A stretch of 64,000 nt of DNA from a virus: IMG/VR virus record IMGVR_UViG_3300021399_000164, positions 1,293 through 65,292 of that record, one strand, 5' to 3'. The position numbers and the translations under genes were made by a program. Under the pieces are notes generated by a model. That model saw nothing but the letters and a program-made list of their open reading frames with translations, did no database searches and had not been told where the DNA came from. Of the stretch, positions 54,989-64,000 are shown piece after piece. Position 1 is the stretch's first letter, and each line of letters begins with the position of its first letter.

Positions 54989-57900
54989 ATGGCAAATTCT
55001 GATGGAAACGTCATAATATTAGGAAAACTTGATGATTCCGCATTAAGGAACTCAATAGATGAACTTGTGAAAAAAGTTGAGGAATCAACTAACAAAATGG
55101 CTAAATCATTTGATGATGGCATATCTGACATGATTAAGTCATTTGGCAAACTTGGTGCTGTCTCAACAAATGTCGAGAAACAAAGCGGTGCGAGAACTGA
55201 AGCTGCAAAGAAAGAAAAAGATGCGATAAAAGAAACCACTGCAACTTATGACCAGATGGCTCAGGCACAACAAAAGGTGACAAAGAATACTTCTTTGGAA
55301 ACCAATTTAAAAGCTTTACGGGAACAAGCAACTGATTTACAGATTACATTAAAAAGTGTAGAGAATACATCATTTTATAAGCAATACGCAGAATTTCAAA
55401 GATGGGAAAAGCAAATTATTTCAACAAAAGAAAGAATTGAAGAGCTTAAAAATCAGATAAGAGGAGGTGCTGACAAATTTGTTAGATTGGCAAATGAACA
55501 AGAAATAGCAAGGCTTGAACAACAACTACGTAATCTTACCGAACAGCAGACTCTTGGCGTAAAAAGGATTGAACAGGAAGATAAGCAATGGGCGGAAATG
55601 TTGCGTCAGGAATATAATACAATATACAATAAAATACAAGAGATGCTTGGCGTGAAAAGACAAGATGTGCAATTCTCGCAACAACAAGCAACTGCCGCAC
55701 AAAAACACACGGAGGAAATAAAAAAACAAGCACAAGCCATCCGTGAATCGAAGGAATTTCAGGAAAGAGGTTTGGTGTCAATACCATCAAAATATCAGTC
55801 AACAAATTACACCGTCCTGAAAAGCAATGAATTGAGTATTGAAGACCAATTATTGCAGATAATGAAGCAAGAGGAACAACTCACAAAATCTCATTATGCA
55901 ACTGAGGAAAAGACAACTCAACAAAAAGAACAACAAGTCAATCTTACAAGAACACAACAAGAAATATATAATCGTGGTGTAGCGGCTCAAAGAGATTGGC
56001 TTGGCGGTAAAGTCGACCCTAATAGTTATGACAGGCTCAAACAAGCAATGCGCGATTTGAATAACGCATATGAGATAATGAGACAAAATGGTTCCGGGCA
56101 AACCGCTGAAGCACAAAGATTCAAACAAAGTGCCATTGAAGTTAGTAATGCACTAAATAGACTCGCTCAAACAGGCTTAAACGCAAAAAAAGAATATAAA
56201 ACACTACGTGATGTCGTTGCTGATTTGTTAAACATTGAATCCAGGGAAGTTGTTATGGCTAATGATGCCACTTGCTCTTACAAGAGGCTTCAAAAGATGT
56301 TAAGCCAGCTTAGAGATGCTTATAGTAGAATGAATGCCGAACAACGTAATAGTGATTGGGGGATGACTCTCAAAGCGACTATTTCCGAAACCGAACTCGC
56401 TGTAAGAAATCTAAAGAAAGAAATGTCAAGACCTATGAGTTTGAGGCAAATTATGGGTCTTGATGAGAAGACTCTTGACAATATATCATACAAGATACAA
56501 CAATTAACGGCTTATCGCGCAAACTTGAATCTAGACACACAATATGGTGAGATTCGTAAAGTGAATGCAGAGCTACAAAGATTGCAAAAACAACAACAAG
56601 AGGCGATGGCCACCAATAATAGATATGCTCGTTCAAATGATGCCTTATCAAGGTCATTCGCATATATCAGGAACCGTCTTGCTTTTTATTTATCCGTAGG
56701 CGCAACAACTGGGTTTGTTAAGCAAATCATTGAGATTAGAGGTCAATATGAAGCCTTGGAACGTTCCATTAGTGTGTTGACAGATTCTGCACAAAGAGGA
56801 CATGAAATCTTCAACCAATTGAATCAGATGGCAATGAACTCCCCATTTACAACTATTGAATTGGGCGAGGCTGCTCGTCAGTTGGTCGCTTATGGTGTCG
56901 CCGCAGAAGATGTAGTTGACACGACACGAAGACTTGCAGATATATCAGCAGCAGTTGGTCAGCCAGTTGACAGACTTACATACGCACTAGGACAAATACA
57001 AACATATGGTTATTTGACTAGTATTCAGGCAAAGACATTTATGCGTGCTGGTGTTCCATTGGTGAAAGAACTTGCAGACAGGTACTCTGAATTGGAAGGT
57101 AGAATTGTAAGTACTGGCGAGGTTTATGACAGAATGAAACACAAAGCTGTTTCATATGCAGATGTTGTGTCCGTAATTAACAAGGAGACTGATGAAGGTG
57201 GTAGGTTTTTTGACTATCAGTCAAAGATGGCAAGTACCTTGAAGATTCAGTTGGCGAACCTTACACTTGCTTGGAACACGATGCTTAATGATATAGGTAA
57301 AAGTAATCAAAGTCTTATAGCTGCTCCGATAAAAGGTCTTAAAACATTATTTGCGCATTGGCAGTCAATAGATAGAATAATCAAAGCTCTACTTGGTACT
57401 TTTGCATTATTTAAGTTAGCACAAGCCGCAGTTCTATTACGGGCTGGTAAATTATCAACGGTATTAGGATGGCAAACATTGATAGGAAAAAAGCTCACGT
57501 TTGCTTTCAAGTCATTAGGATTGGCAATGAAACAAGCATTTACTAGTCCTGCAACTTGGCTTACTTTGCTTACATTCATGCTCGTTGACCTTTTTGCACA
57601 AATTGGTGCTAATAAGGATGCCATTATTGAGATGAATAGAGAAATGAAAAATATGGCATCTGAAAGTTCAAAGGCGCTTGATGAGTTTCTTGACAAAAAT
57701 AGCGAGTTGGAAAATTCGTTATACAAACGTAATGCCAAGGGTGATATAATTGGATATAACAACTTAGAGGCGTCAGAGGCTGGGAAGGTATGGGCTGAAA
57801 TCCGTGAAGAGATTTCCAACTCATCAAACGCATCTGACTATTTCATTGCAAAGTTGACACAGATTGCTGATATAAATGAAAGAGTGCGTGAGGGATTTAA

Positions 57901-60900
57901 GTATGCTAGACTTATACGGGAAGCAAAAGGTACATTGACTGAGTTGGGTGATGAGGCCGTTAAGGTAGAGAAAGATTTAGGATGGTGGGGAATGTTCGGT
58001 GAAGGACTAAAGTCTGACACCGAAGACTATATCAAGCAATTGGGTGTGATAAAAGAACGATATGGAGGTATCTATGAGCTAGAACAAATGATAATGGAGG
58101 CTCGCGCAAAAAACACATCACCTGGTTCTGCAGCTAATGACTATATTGATTACAATCGAAATCTAAAAGAGTTCCAAAATGAAATAAAAACCACAAGGGA
58201 TTCCATTGTTGAGATTCTTGATTCTACCACTATTGATTTTACATCGAAGATGTTTAATCCTGAAGATTTTGAATCTCAAATACAAAAAGCTTTGGAGATA
58301 GTTGATTCAGCATCAAAGTCCATCATTGAATCTGAAAAGATGGGTTCACAAGAGGCTTTTGAATTTAGACGGGAATTAGACAAGCAAATCCGTGATTTAT
58401 ACCAAGCAAGGCTTAATGCTGAAATAAAATTATCCGACAGCTCCGAACGGGAAAAATATGCAAAGGCAGTCGAAATTTTTAATAACACTTATTATGAGAA
58501 CCGTGTTTCATTCCAAAGATTCACGGAGTGGCTTAAACGTACCCATAAAGTTGCCCTTGATGATATGTACAATAAGTGGACGGAAAACGGCACAAAGGGT
58601 CTTAACTTTATGGATGAAAAAGTCAAAAAACAATTTATGGATTGGTTGCAGTCTTTTAAAACAAACAACCAATCCGCATATAATGACCTTGTAAGTTGGG
58701 TTAACCTTGCCAATCTTCTCAAAATCAATATTGGCGTATTGTTTGATACTGAAGGGGAAGCACCAAAGAGTGCTCTTGAAGGACTAAAAGAAGCAGACCA
58801 GGCGGCTAATCAAGCTTGGCAAGACGTAGAACGACTTACATTAAGACTTTCACAATTAAAGAAAGGCTCTGATGAATATTTGAAAGTTCAGAAAGAACTA
58901 ACGGATGCACGGAATAGATATAACAAGGCAGTTCAGGCAGGTGGCAAGTCAAGTAAGAAAGAATCAGAAGATAAAAAAGCTGAACGTGATAGAATTAATG
59001 CAGCAAAAAGAGCCGAGAATGAGCGTAAACGTGAAGCCGCAAAGGAAGAGGCGAGAAGAAAGCGAGAAGAAGCTGCAAGAAGACGTGAACAGAAACAACA
59101 AGAAGACGAATTAGCCAAGGCTCTGAAAGATGAGGTCAGTCTTGTTGACAAGTTACGTTCGTCTTATGACAAGTTGCGGAAGTCTGGTGTTGCACCCGAC
59201 ATGATTGCTTCTGTCTTGTACACAAACTACGAAGACACATTCAAGGACATAAACAAATCCTTGAAAAAATACGGTTTGGAAGAAATTAGTGTGTTCGACT
59301 TAATAGACCCAATAACAAAAGAATTTAAGAATGACCAAAATGTATTTGAGTTTTTCACACAGCAACTTGAAAAAGTAAAAAATTCAGGTCGTTCAACGAG
59401 GGAAGCAATAAAAGCTCTTGAAGAAGAACTTGCAAAGATGCGAGAGGAACTTCAAATCAAGGGTATGGAAGGCATTTTTAAAACATTGAAAGAAAATTTA
59501 GATTTCGCTTCAAATGAATATGAATTATCTTTAGATGTTGAAGAAAATCCTGAACTTGCAGATTTGATGTCAAGCATGATGAATGTTGATATTACGGATA
59601 TGCTCAAGGATGCACCGAAATCTTTACGTGAATACACGGATAAAGTAAATGACATAATTGATGGTGCTATAAGAGCGTATTGGGTGAATATGAATCCAGA
59701 AAAAGGACTTGATGAATATTTTACAGAATTTAACGCACGGAATTTCAACATTCTTGACAAAGACACATTTGACAAAATCCGTCAAGAACTTACACCAGAT
59801 TCTCAATTGTTTAAGGAAATTGAAAAACTGCGTGAGGACTTGTTGAAGAAGAATCGCAAGTTCTTTGACGATATGGAAAAAACATATGAGCAATACTTGC
59901 AAAAGCATGGTGATTATGCGGATAAGATACGTAAGATAGAAGAAAAGAAATATTCCGATTTAAAAACGCTTGATGACGTATATAATACCGATGCGTTAAA
60001 AAGCACTTATGATTACCAACGTAGACGTGAAGCGATAATACAATCAGCAAAGGAATCAAAGCAAAAGACCGACTTTGAAGAGTTTAAAGAAAGCGAAACT
60101 TACTTGGAGTTGTTTGACAATCTTGATTATGCATCAGAGACTACGCTCACTATGATGATTAACAAGATTCGTGAGATGCGTCAGGAACTGACAGATTTAG
60201 ACCCGTCTGAATTAAAGAAACTTGCTGAATACGAGCAGCAGCTGCGTGACCAGATGATTAAACGTAATCCATTTAAGAATTTCAAGAAAGAATTTAAGGA
60301 ATATATAAGTTTACAAAAGCAACGCAAACAGATTGAGAAAAATGCGGTAAAGGCAGAAGATGAGGTTAAAACCCAGCAAAAGATTGTTAGTGTTTTGTCA
60401 GACCAACTTGAGCAGATGAAAACTAATGGTGAATATGGAACTGACGCATATAAGAAAAAAGAAGAGGAATTAAAGAGTGAGAATAAGAAACTTGGTGTGC
60501 TAAAAAAGCAAAACAAAGCTGCGCAACAACAAGTTACCACGTTGAATCAATCGGAGACCGCAATGCGTCAACGTGCTTCTTCAATGGCAGATTTCCTTGG
60601 ATATGCATTGGATGCAGTGAACGCATTGAACCAAATTGCGCAAGAATCAAACAATATTGACTTGCAAAATGCGACAGAGGCGACAAGTGATATTCTTGGA
60701 AACTTGCAAGCAGCTGCGCAAGGATTTGCCCAAGGTGGCGTATGGGGTGCTGTCGCAGCAGGTGTTATGGACTTAGCACCAAAATTGGTTAAATGGTTTA
60801 ATAAGGAATCTGGAATAGACAAAGCAATACAACGTTCCGAGCGTGAGGTCAAGAAATTGCAGAACACGTTAAAGAACTTGGAGGACACTGCAGAAGATGC

Positions 60901-61990
60901 CTATGGTGCGGTTACGATAGGCGCACAAAATGCGATACGTGCCAACAAGGAGTTGCAGTTGGTTGAGTTGGAACGTCAGTTAAGGCTTGAGCAGTCACGC
61001 AAGAAGAAGAAACGTGACCAAGACAAGATAATTGACTTGAAAGGACAGATAATTGATTTAAGGAATGAGATTAACAATTCAAGTGAGGATGTTGTGAACG
61101 ACTTGCTTGGTATATCTGGTGCTGGCAGTTGGGCTGAGGAACTGGTTTCGTCAATGATAGAGGCATTCCGTAATGGCGAGGATGCAATGGAGAAGTTCTC
61201 TGAGAAATGGGATGAGATGATAGACAATATGATTATGAAATATATTGTCAGCACTGTGATGCAACGTTGGTGGGATAATGTGTTGAAGGGTGTTGAGGAT
61301 ATTGAGGAATCATACACGAAGGATATTGCGAAAGAAAAAGCTGATGCACAGCGTGAGTACGATGAGATACGTGACAGGTCTGACAGGGAAATCAAAGACC
61401 AGATGATTAAAGATGGATATTGGAACGCATTGTTGGAAAAATACAAAAACACCAAGGTGATGGCAACCAATGCCAGATACGACTTGATTCCGAAAGAGGA
61501 TGTTGAGGCATTCAGAAATGGTCTTTTAAATTCCGCATTGACAAAAGTTGAGGAAGTTGACGGGCGACTTGACCAAGCAAGTATTGACGCAACAAAGGCA
61601 ATAACTGATTATATGTTGGGTCGTAAAGGAGAAGGTGAAGCAATAGCACAACAATTAAAAGACACAATCGGACAATACTATCAATTCGGTGAAAGTGCCA
61701 ACAAGGACTTGTCACAATTACAACAAGGCATTCAGGGAATCACAGAAGATACTGCCTCTGCTTTGGAAAGCTATATGAACGGAGTTTCGCAACAAGTGTA
61801 CCTTCAAAGTGACTTGATGACGCAGATACGTGATGTTGTAGTCGGTTATGACCCTGTATTGTCAATGGGTTTGCAATCACAGATGTTGCTGGAATTGCAG
61901 AACAGCTATCAGATACAAGTTGCGATACAGAACATATTGGTTGGATGGTCAAATCCAAGTGGAAATGCCGTTCAAGTTTCTTTGATATAA
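54989..61990 (+). CDS. tail tape measure protein
   Basis: 2333 aa, coiled coil; SPFT..EL..AARQLVAYG, LTYALGQI tape-measure domain. Confidence 0.92.
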   Translation: MANSDGNVIILGKLDDSALRNSIDELVKKVEESTNKMAKSFDDGISDMIKSFGKLGAVSTNVEKQSGARTEAAKKEKDAIKETTATYDQMAQAQQKVTKNTSLETNLKALREQATDLQITLKSVENTSFYKQYAEFQRWEKQIISTKERIEELKNQIRGGADKFVRLANEQEIARLEQQLRNLTEQQTLGVKRIEQEDKQWAEMLRQEYNTIYNKIQEMLGVKRQDVQFSQQQATAAQKHTEEIKKQAQAIRESKEFQERGLVSIPSKYQSTNYTVLKSNELSIEDQLLQIMKQEEQLTKSHYATEEKTTQQKEQQVNLTRTQQEIYNRGVAAQRDWLGGKVDPNSYDRLKQAMRDLNNAYEIMRQNGSGQTAEAQRFKQSAIEVSNALNRLAQTGLNAKKEYKTLRDVVADLLNIESREVVMANDATCSYKRLQKMLSQLRDAYSRMNAEQRNSDWGMTLKATISETELAVRNLKKEMSRPMSLRQIMGLDEKTLDNISYKIQQLTAYRANLNLDTQYGEIRKVNAELQRLQKQQQEAMATNNRYARSNDALSRSFAYIRNRLAFYLSVGATTGFVKQIIEIRGQYEALERSISVLTDSAQRGHEIFNQLNQMAMNSPFTTIELGEAARQLVAYGVAAEDVVDTTRRLADISAAVGQPVDRLTYALGQIQTYGYLTSIQAKTFMRAGVPLVKELADRYSELEGRIVSTGEVYDRMKHKAVSYADVVSVINKETDEGGRFFDYQSKMASTLKIQLANLTLAWNTMLNDIGKSNQSLIAAPIKGLKTLFAHWQSIDRIIKALLGTFALFKLAQAAVLLRAGKLSTVLGWQTLIGKKLTFAFKSLGLAMKQAFTSPATWLTLLTFMLVDLFAQIGANKDAIIEMNREMKNMASESSKALDEFLDKNSELENSLYKRNAKGDIIGYNNLEASEAGKVWAEIREEISNSSNASDYFIAKLTQIADINERVREGFKYARLIREAKGTLTELGDEAVKVEKDLGWWGMFGEGLKSDTEDYIKQLGVIKERYGGIYELEQMIMEARAKNTSPGSAANDYIDYNRNLKEFQNEIKTTRDSIVEILDSTTIDFTSKMFNPEDFESQIQKALEIVDSASKSIIESEKMGSQEAFEFRRELDKQIRDLYQARLNAEIKLSDSSEREKYAKAVEIFNNTYYENRVSFQRFTEWLKRTHKVALDDMYNKWTENGTKGLNFMDEKVKKQFMDWLQSFKTNNQSAYNDLVSWVNLANLLKINIGVLFDTEGEAPKSALEGLKEADQAANQAWQDVERLTLRLSQLKKGSDEYLKVQKELTDARNRYNKAVQAGGKSSKKESEDKKAERDRINAAKRAENERKREAAKEEARRKREEAARRREQKQQEDELAKALKDEVSLVDKLRSSYDKLRKSGVAPDMIASVLYTNYEDTFKDINKSLKKYGLEEISVFDLIDPITKEFKNDQNVFEFFTQQLEKVKNSGRSTREAIKALEEELAKMREELQIKGMEGIFKTLKENLDFASNEYELSLDVEENPELADLMSSMMNVDITDMLKDAPKSLREYTDKVNDIIDGAIRAYWVNMNPEKGLDEYFTEFNARNFNILDKDTFDKIRQELTPDSQLFKEIEKLREDLLKKNRKFFDDMEKTYEQYLQKHGDYADKIRKIEEKKYSDLKTLDDVYNTDALKSTYDYQRRREAIIQSAKESKQKTDFEEFKESETYLELFDNLDYASETTLTMMINKIREMRQELTDLDPSELKKLAEYEQQLRDQMIKRNPFKNFKKEFKEYISLQKQRKQIEKNAVKAEDEVKTQQKIVSVLSDQLEQMKTNGEYGTDAYKKKEEELKSENKKLGVLKKQNKAAQQQVTTLNQSETAMRQRASSMADFLGYALDAVNALNQIAQESNNIDLQNATEATSDILGNLQAAAQGFAQGGVWGAVAAGVMDLAPKLVKWFNKESGIDKAIQRSEREVKKLQNTLKNLEDTAEDAYGAVTIGAQNAIRANKELQLVELERQLRLEQSRKKKKRDQDKIIDLKGQIIDLRNEINNSSEDVVNDLLGISGAGSWAEELVSSMIEAFRNGEDAMEKFSEKWDEMIDNMIMKYIVSTVMQRWWDNVLKGVEDIEESYTKDIAKEKADAQREYDEIRDRSDREIKDQMIKDGYWNALLEKYKNTKVMATNARYDLIPKEDVEAFRNGLLNSALTKVEEVDGRLDQASIDATKAITDYMLGRKGEGEAIAQQLKDTIGQYYQFGESANKDLSQLQQGIQGITEDTASALESYMNGVSQQVYLQSDLMTQIRDVVVGYDPVLSMGLQSQMLLELQNSYQIQVAIQNILVGWSNPSGNAVQVSLI

Positions 61991-62025
61991 TTTTGTGTAT
62001 TCAAAAATTAATTCATAACTTTGCA
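61991..62025 (+). promoter_or_regulatory. promoter, variant box
   Basis: TTTTGTGTATTCAAAA...TAACTTTGCA. Confidence 0.65.
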
Positions 62026-62039
62026 AGAAACAAGTTGAT

Positions 62040-62630
62040 ATGGTGAATGATATGTTCAGATACTACAAAGAGGCTTTGGTCAATAACCTTTGTGACGAAT
62101 ACAAGGGTTATTGGCGAAAGTCCATGCATGACAAGGAAGCGTTGATGCGACTTGCGTTGCAACAACAGTCGTTACCACACGTAATGACTTATTCATATGA
62201 CGGACACGGATTGTCGAAGGAATATATAAAAAAGGAATTTGGTGAATACATCAACGGAAAGAGGACGTTCTATGATGTGGATGGTGTCAAGGGATATTCA
62301 TATTCGATGTGTGTTGACTTGCGTGACACTACTGCATTCGTGAATGATGATGTCAATGCCTATCTTTATTGTGATGACTTGTCGTTGAATGTCAATAAAA
62401 GCAAATGCCCGATATTATATATCGGTTGCAAAAGCAATGTGTATTTGTTTTGCGATGGATATAACAATGTTCAGGTTTATCTATTTGATGAAAGCACATT
62501 GCACATAGAGGAGGCAGATGACACTTGTTCCGTGTCGGTGTTGAAATATTCTGAAAAGTGCAAAGTCGAAATTGGTGACTACTGTTTGACTCCCAAGATA
62601 AGACAATTTGATAAAGAGTTGAGATTATGA
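62040..62630 (+). CDS. hypothetical protein with beta-repeat-like C-terminal half
   Basis: 196 aa, LCDEY...W motif. Confidence 0.7.
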   Translation: MVNDMFRYYKEALVNNLCDEYKGYWRKSMHDKEALMRLALQQQSLPHVMTYSYDGHGLSKEYIKKEFGEYINGKRTFYDVDGVKGYSYSMCVDLRDTTAFVNDDVNAYLYCDDLSLNVNKSKCPILYIGCKSNVYLFCDGYNNVQVYLFDESTLHIEEADDTCSVSVLKYSEKCKVEIGDYCLTPKIRQFDKELRL

Positions 62631-63412
62631 AGAATAACGGACTTGTTGAAAAATATTATGTGAAACGTGGTTCGGAACTATATGCGGATGTGACTGACAA
62701 ATTTGATGGTGTCCGCATATTGAAAGTTGACGGAATGTTTGACAAAGGCGAGCCAGTTAACATATACAACGAGCAATGGGCTGGAAACCAGTCCGAGGAC
62801 TATATGGTCACGACATTGGATGACGACCAGAATCCAGTCGTTGTTTACAAGAACACGGACATAAAAGTCGTGTTTGCGGTTTCCACAAGATATGCTGACG
62901 GTGTGATAGATGTCGGACGGCAGCATGATGCGTTTGTGGACTATATGACAAATGGGGCATTGTGGATAAAGTCTTATTATGCCAACAAGGAAACATATTG
63001 TTGTTGTATGAGTGGCTACACACCGCAGAACATCAAGTTGCAACGCGGACTTGACAAGAACTATATGATAGGGGAATTGACATTCCATCAGTTAGACTTG
63101 CCGAGTGAGATTCAGATTGAGATACTTGGTGACTTGTACATAGGTCTTGGCGATGCAACGTTGTCTGATATATCATCGCTTGTGAATCCACAACATCACA
63201 ATGTGCTTGACCCGAGTGGTACATATACATATGCCTTGTCGGATATGGGTTATTTGTGGATATGCACAAGTGCTACAATAGATGGTGTGACATCAAGCGG
63301 ATATGAGGTTCCGCTGAATGGTAGTGTGGTAGTTGGTAATTTGCGTTGTTATCGAACGACTAACAAGATATTGCCACACACTATGTCTTTTACGATAACA
63401 TCGAACCAATAA
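62627..63412 (+). CDS. putative distal tail protein with extra C-terminal domain
   Basis: Synteny after the tape measure; C-terminal domain shared with 52293-53033. Confidence 0.55.
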   Translation: MKNNGLVEKYYVKRGSELYADVTDKFDGVRILKVDGMFDKGEPVNIYNEQWAGNQSEDYMVTTLDDDQNPVVVYKNTDIKVVFAVSTRYADGVIDVGRQHDAFVDYMTNGALWIKSYYANKETYCCCMSGYTPQNIKLQRGLDKNYMIGELTFHQLDLPSEIQIEILGDLYIGLGDATLSDISSLVNPQHHNVLDPSGTYTYALSDMGYLWICTSATIDGVTSSGYEVPLNGSVVVGNLRCYRTTNKILPHTMSFTITSNQ

Positions 63413-63426
63413 AAATATATTAGATT

Positions 63427-64000
63427 ATGGCAAATATAAACGTATATGGAACATTTAATTCGATGGCTGAAGACCAGACTGTTGCCAAGGCGGCTCAGAT
63501 ATATGACGACAACAAGTTAAAGAATCAGCAGACCATCAACGAAGAATTGGAAGAAAAGATAGACAATCTTGATTTTTCTGCGAATAATATTGAATACGAC
63601 CTTACCTCCACCCCTGACTTGGGTGATGGTGATGTTCAGAGTGCGATTGAGGCTCTGGACGGGAAGGTGGAGGCAGTTGACGCGAGGATTGACGATGAGA
63701 AAGTGGAGTTTATAAAGGAGAGGTTTCCGAGTGAAACGTCTATTCCTAAACTGTATGGCAGAAGTAATTTCAACGGTGCGCAGTTTGCAAATACTGACGA
63801 CAATACCACTTGGACTATTACTGCTCAGTCGAACACGAGCTACAAGTGCTTTTGGACTAAGGAACTTGTGCCGAAAGGAACGCATATCATCTTCAAGATG
63901 GTTTCAACCGCGAATACGAATTATTGGCGCATACTTGGCTACTCTACTGATGTTAGACCACAAGATTATTATGCGTCTCACTCAAATACGATTGTAGGCT
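63427..64000 (+). CDS. 5' part of a probable tail fibre/structural protein, truncated by the window
   Basis: MANINVYGTFNSMAEDQTVAKAAQIYDD...; frame open to the edge. Confidence 0.65.
   Translation, partial: MANINVYGTFNSMAEDQTVAKAAQIYDDNKLKNQQTINEELEEKIDNLDFSANNIEYDLTSTPDLGDGDVQSAIEALDGKVEAVDARIDDEKVEFIKERFPSETSIPKLYGRSNFNGAQFANTDDNTTWTITAQSNTSYKCFWTKELVPKGTHIIFKMVSTANTNYWRILGYSTDVRPQDYYASHSNTIVG

Noticed and set aside
36893-61990. Numerous antisense ORFs within structural genes
   Set aside because: Shadow ORFs opposite long, well-supported genes, with no motifs.
1-64000. Stop-codon reassignment (TAG to Gln), suggested by tRNA-Gln and fragmented MTase ORFs
   Set aside because: Long genes are intact in code 11, the tRNA anticodon is TTG rather than CTA, and the MTase fragments are separated mostly by frame changes.
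1-64000. CRISPR array or diversity-generating retroelement
   Set aside because: No regularly spaced repeat-spacer array, reverse transcriptase or TR/VR pair was seen.

Overview
The whole 64 kb window is part of a tailed dsDNA phage genome of siphovirus type (2333-aa tape measure, tail-chaperone frameshift). The host is most likely a Bacteroidales/Prevotella-like bacterium, because the promoters follow the Bacteroidetes TTTG...TAnnTTTG pattern and translation starts are A-rich without Shine-Dalgarno motifs. Layout: (1) 1-19 kb, minus strand: small early/middle genes, dUTPase, RecT plus a YqaJ-like exonuclease, two SSBs, a serine resolvase, and a MoxR-type AAA+/VWA pair. (2) 17.3-20.5 kb: a mostly non-coding divergence zone with a roughly 0.8 kb highly base-paired segment bracketed by two tRNA-like elements, then an AT-rich repeat zone with a G-rich island (candidate genome end). 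(3) 20.6-33.7 kb, plus strand: a C5 methyltransferase split into N- and C-terminal genes around a tandem array of overlapping mini-ORFs, a replication initiator, a primase-helicase, an intein-containing amino-MTase, a second amino-MTase, tRNA-Gln, a sliding clamp and a RuvC-like resolvase. (4) 33.7-48.2 kb, minus strand: an uncharacterised Gly-rich/CCC operon, a large tail protein, lysis genes, portal and terminase. (5) 48.4-64 kb, plus strand: head and tail genes with two predicted -1 frameshifts. The two best candidates for undescribed systems are the modular split methyltransferase and the tRNA-like-flanked large structured RNA. All calls are by eye from motifs; no searches or folding programs were run.
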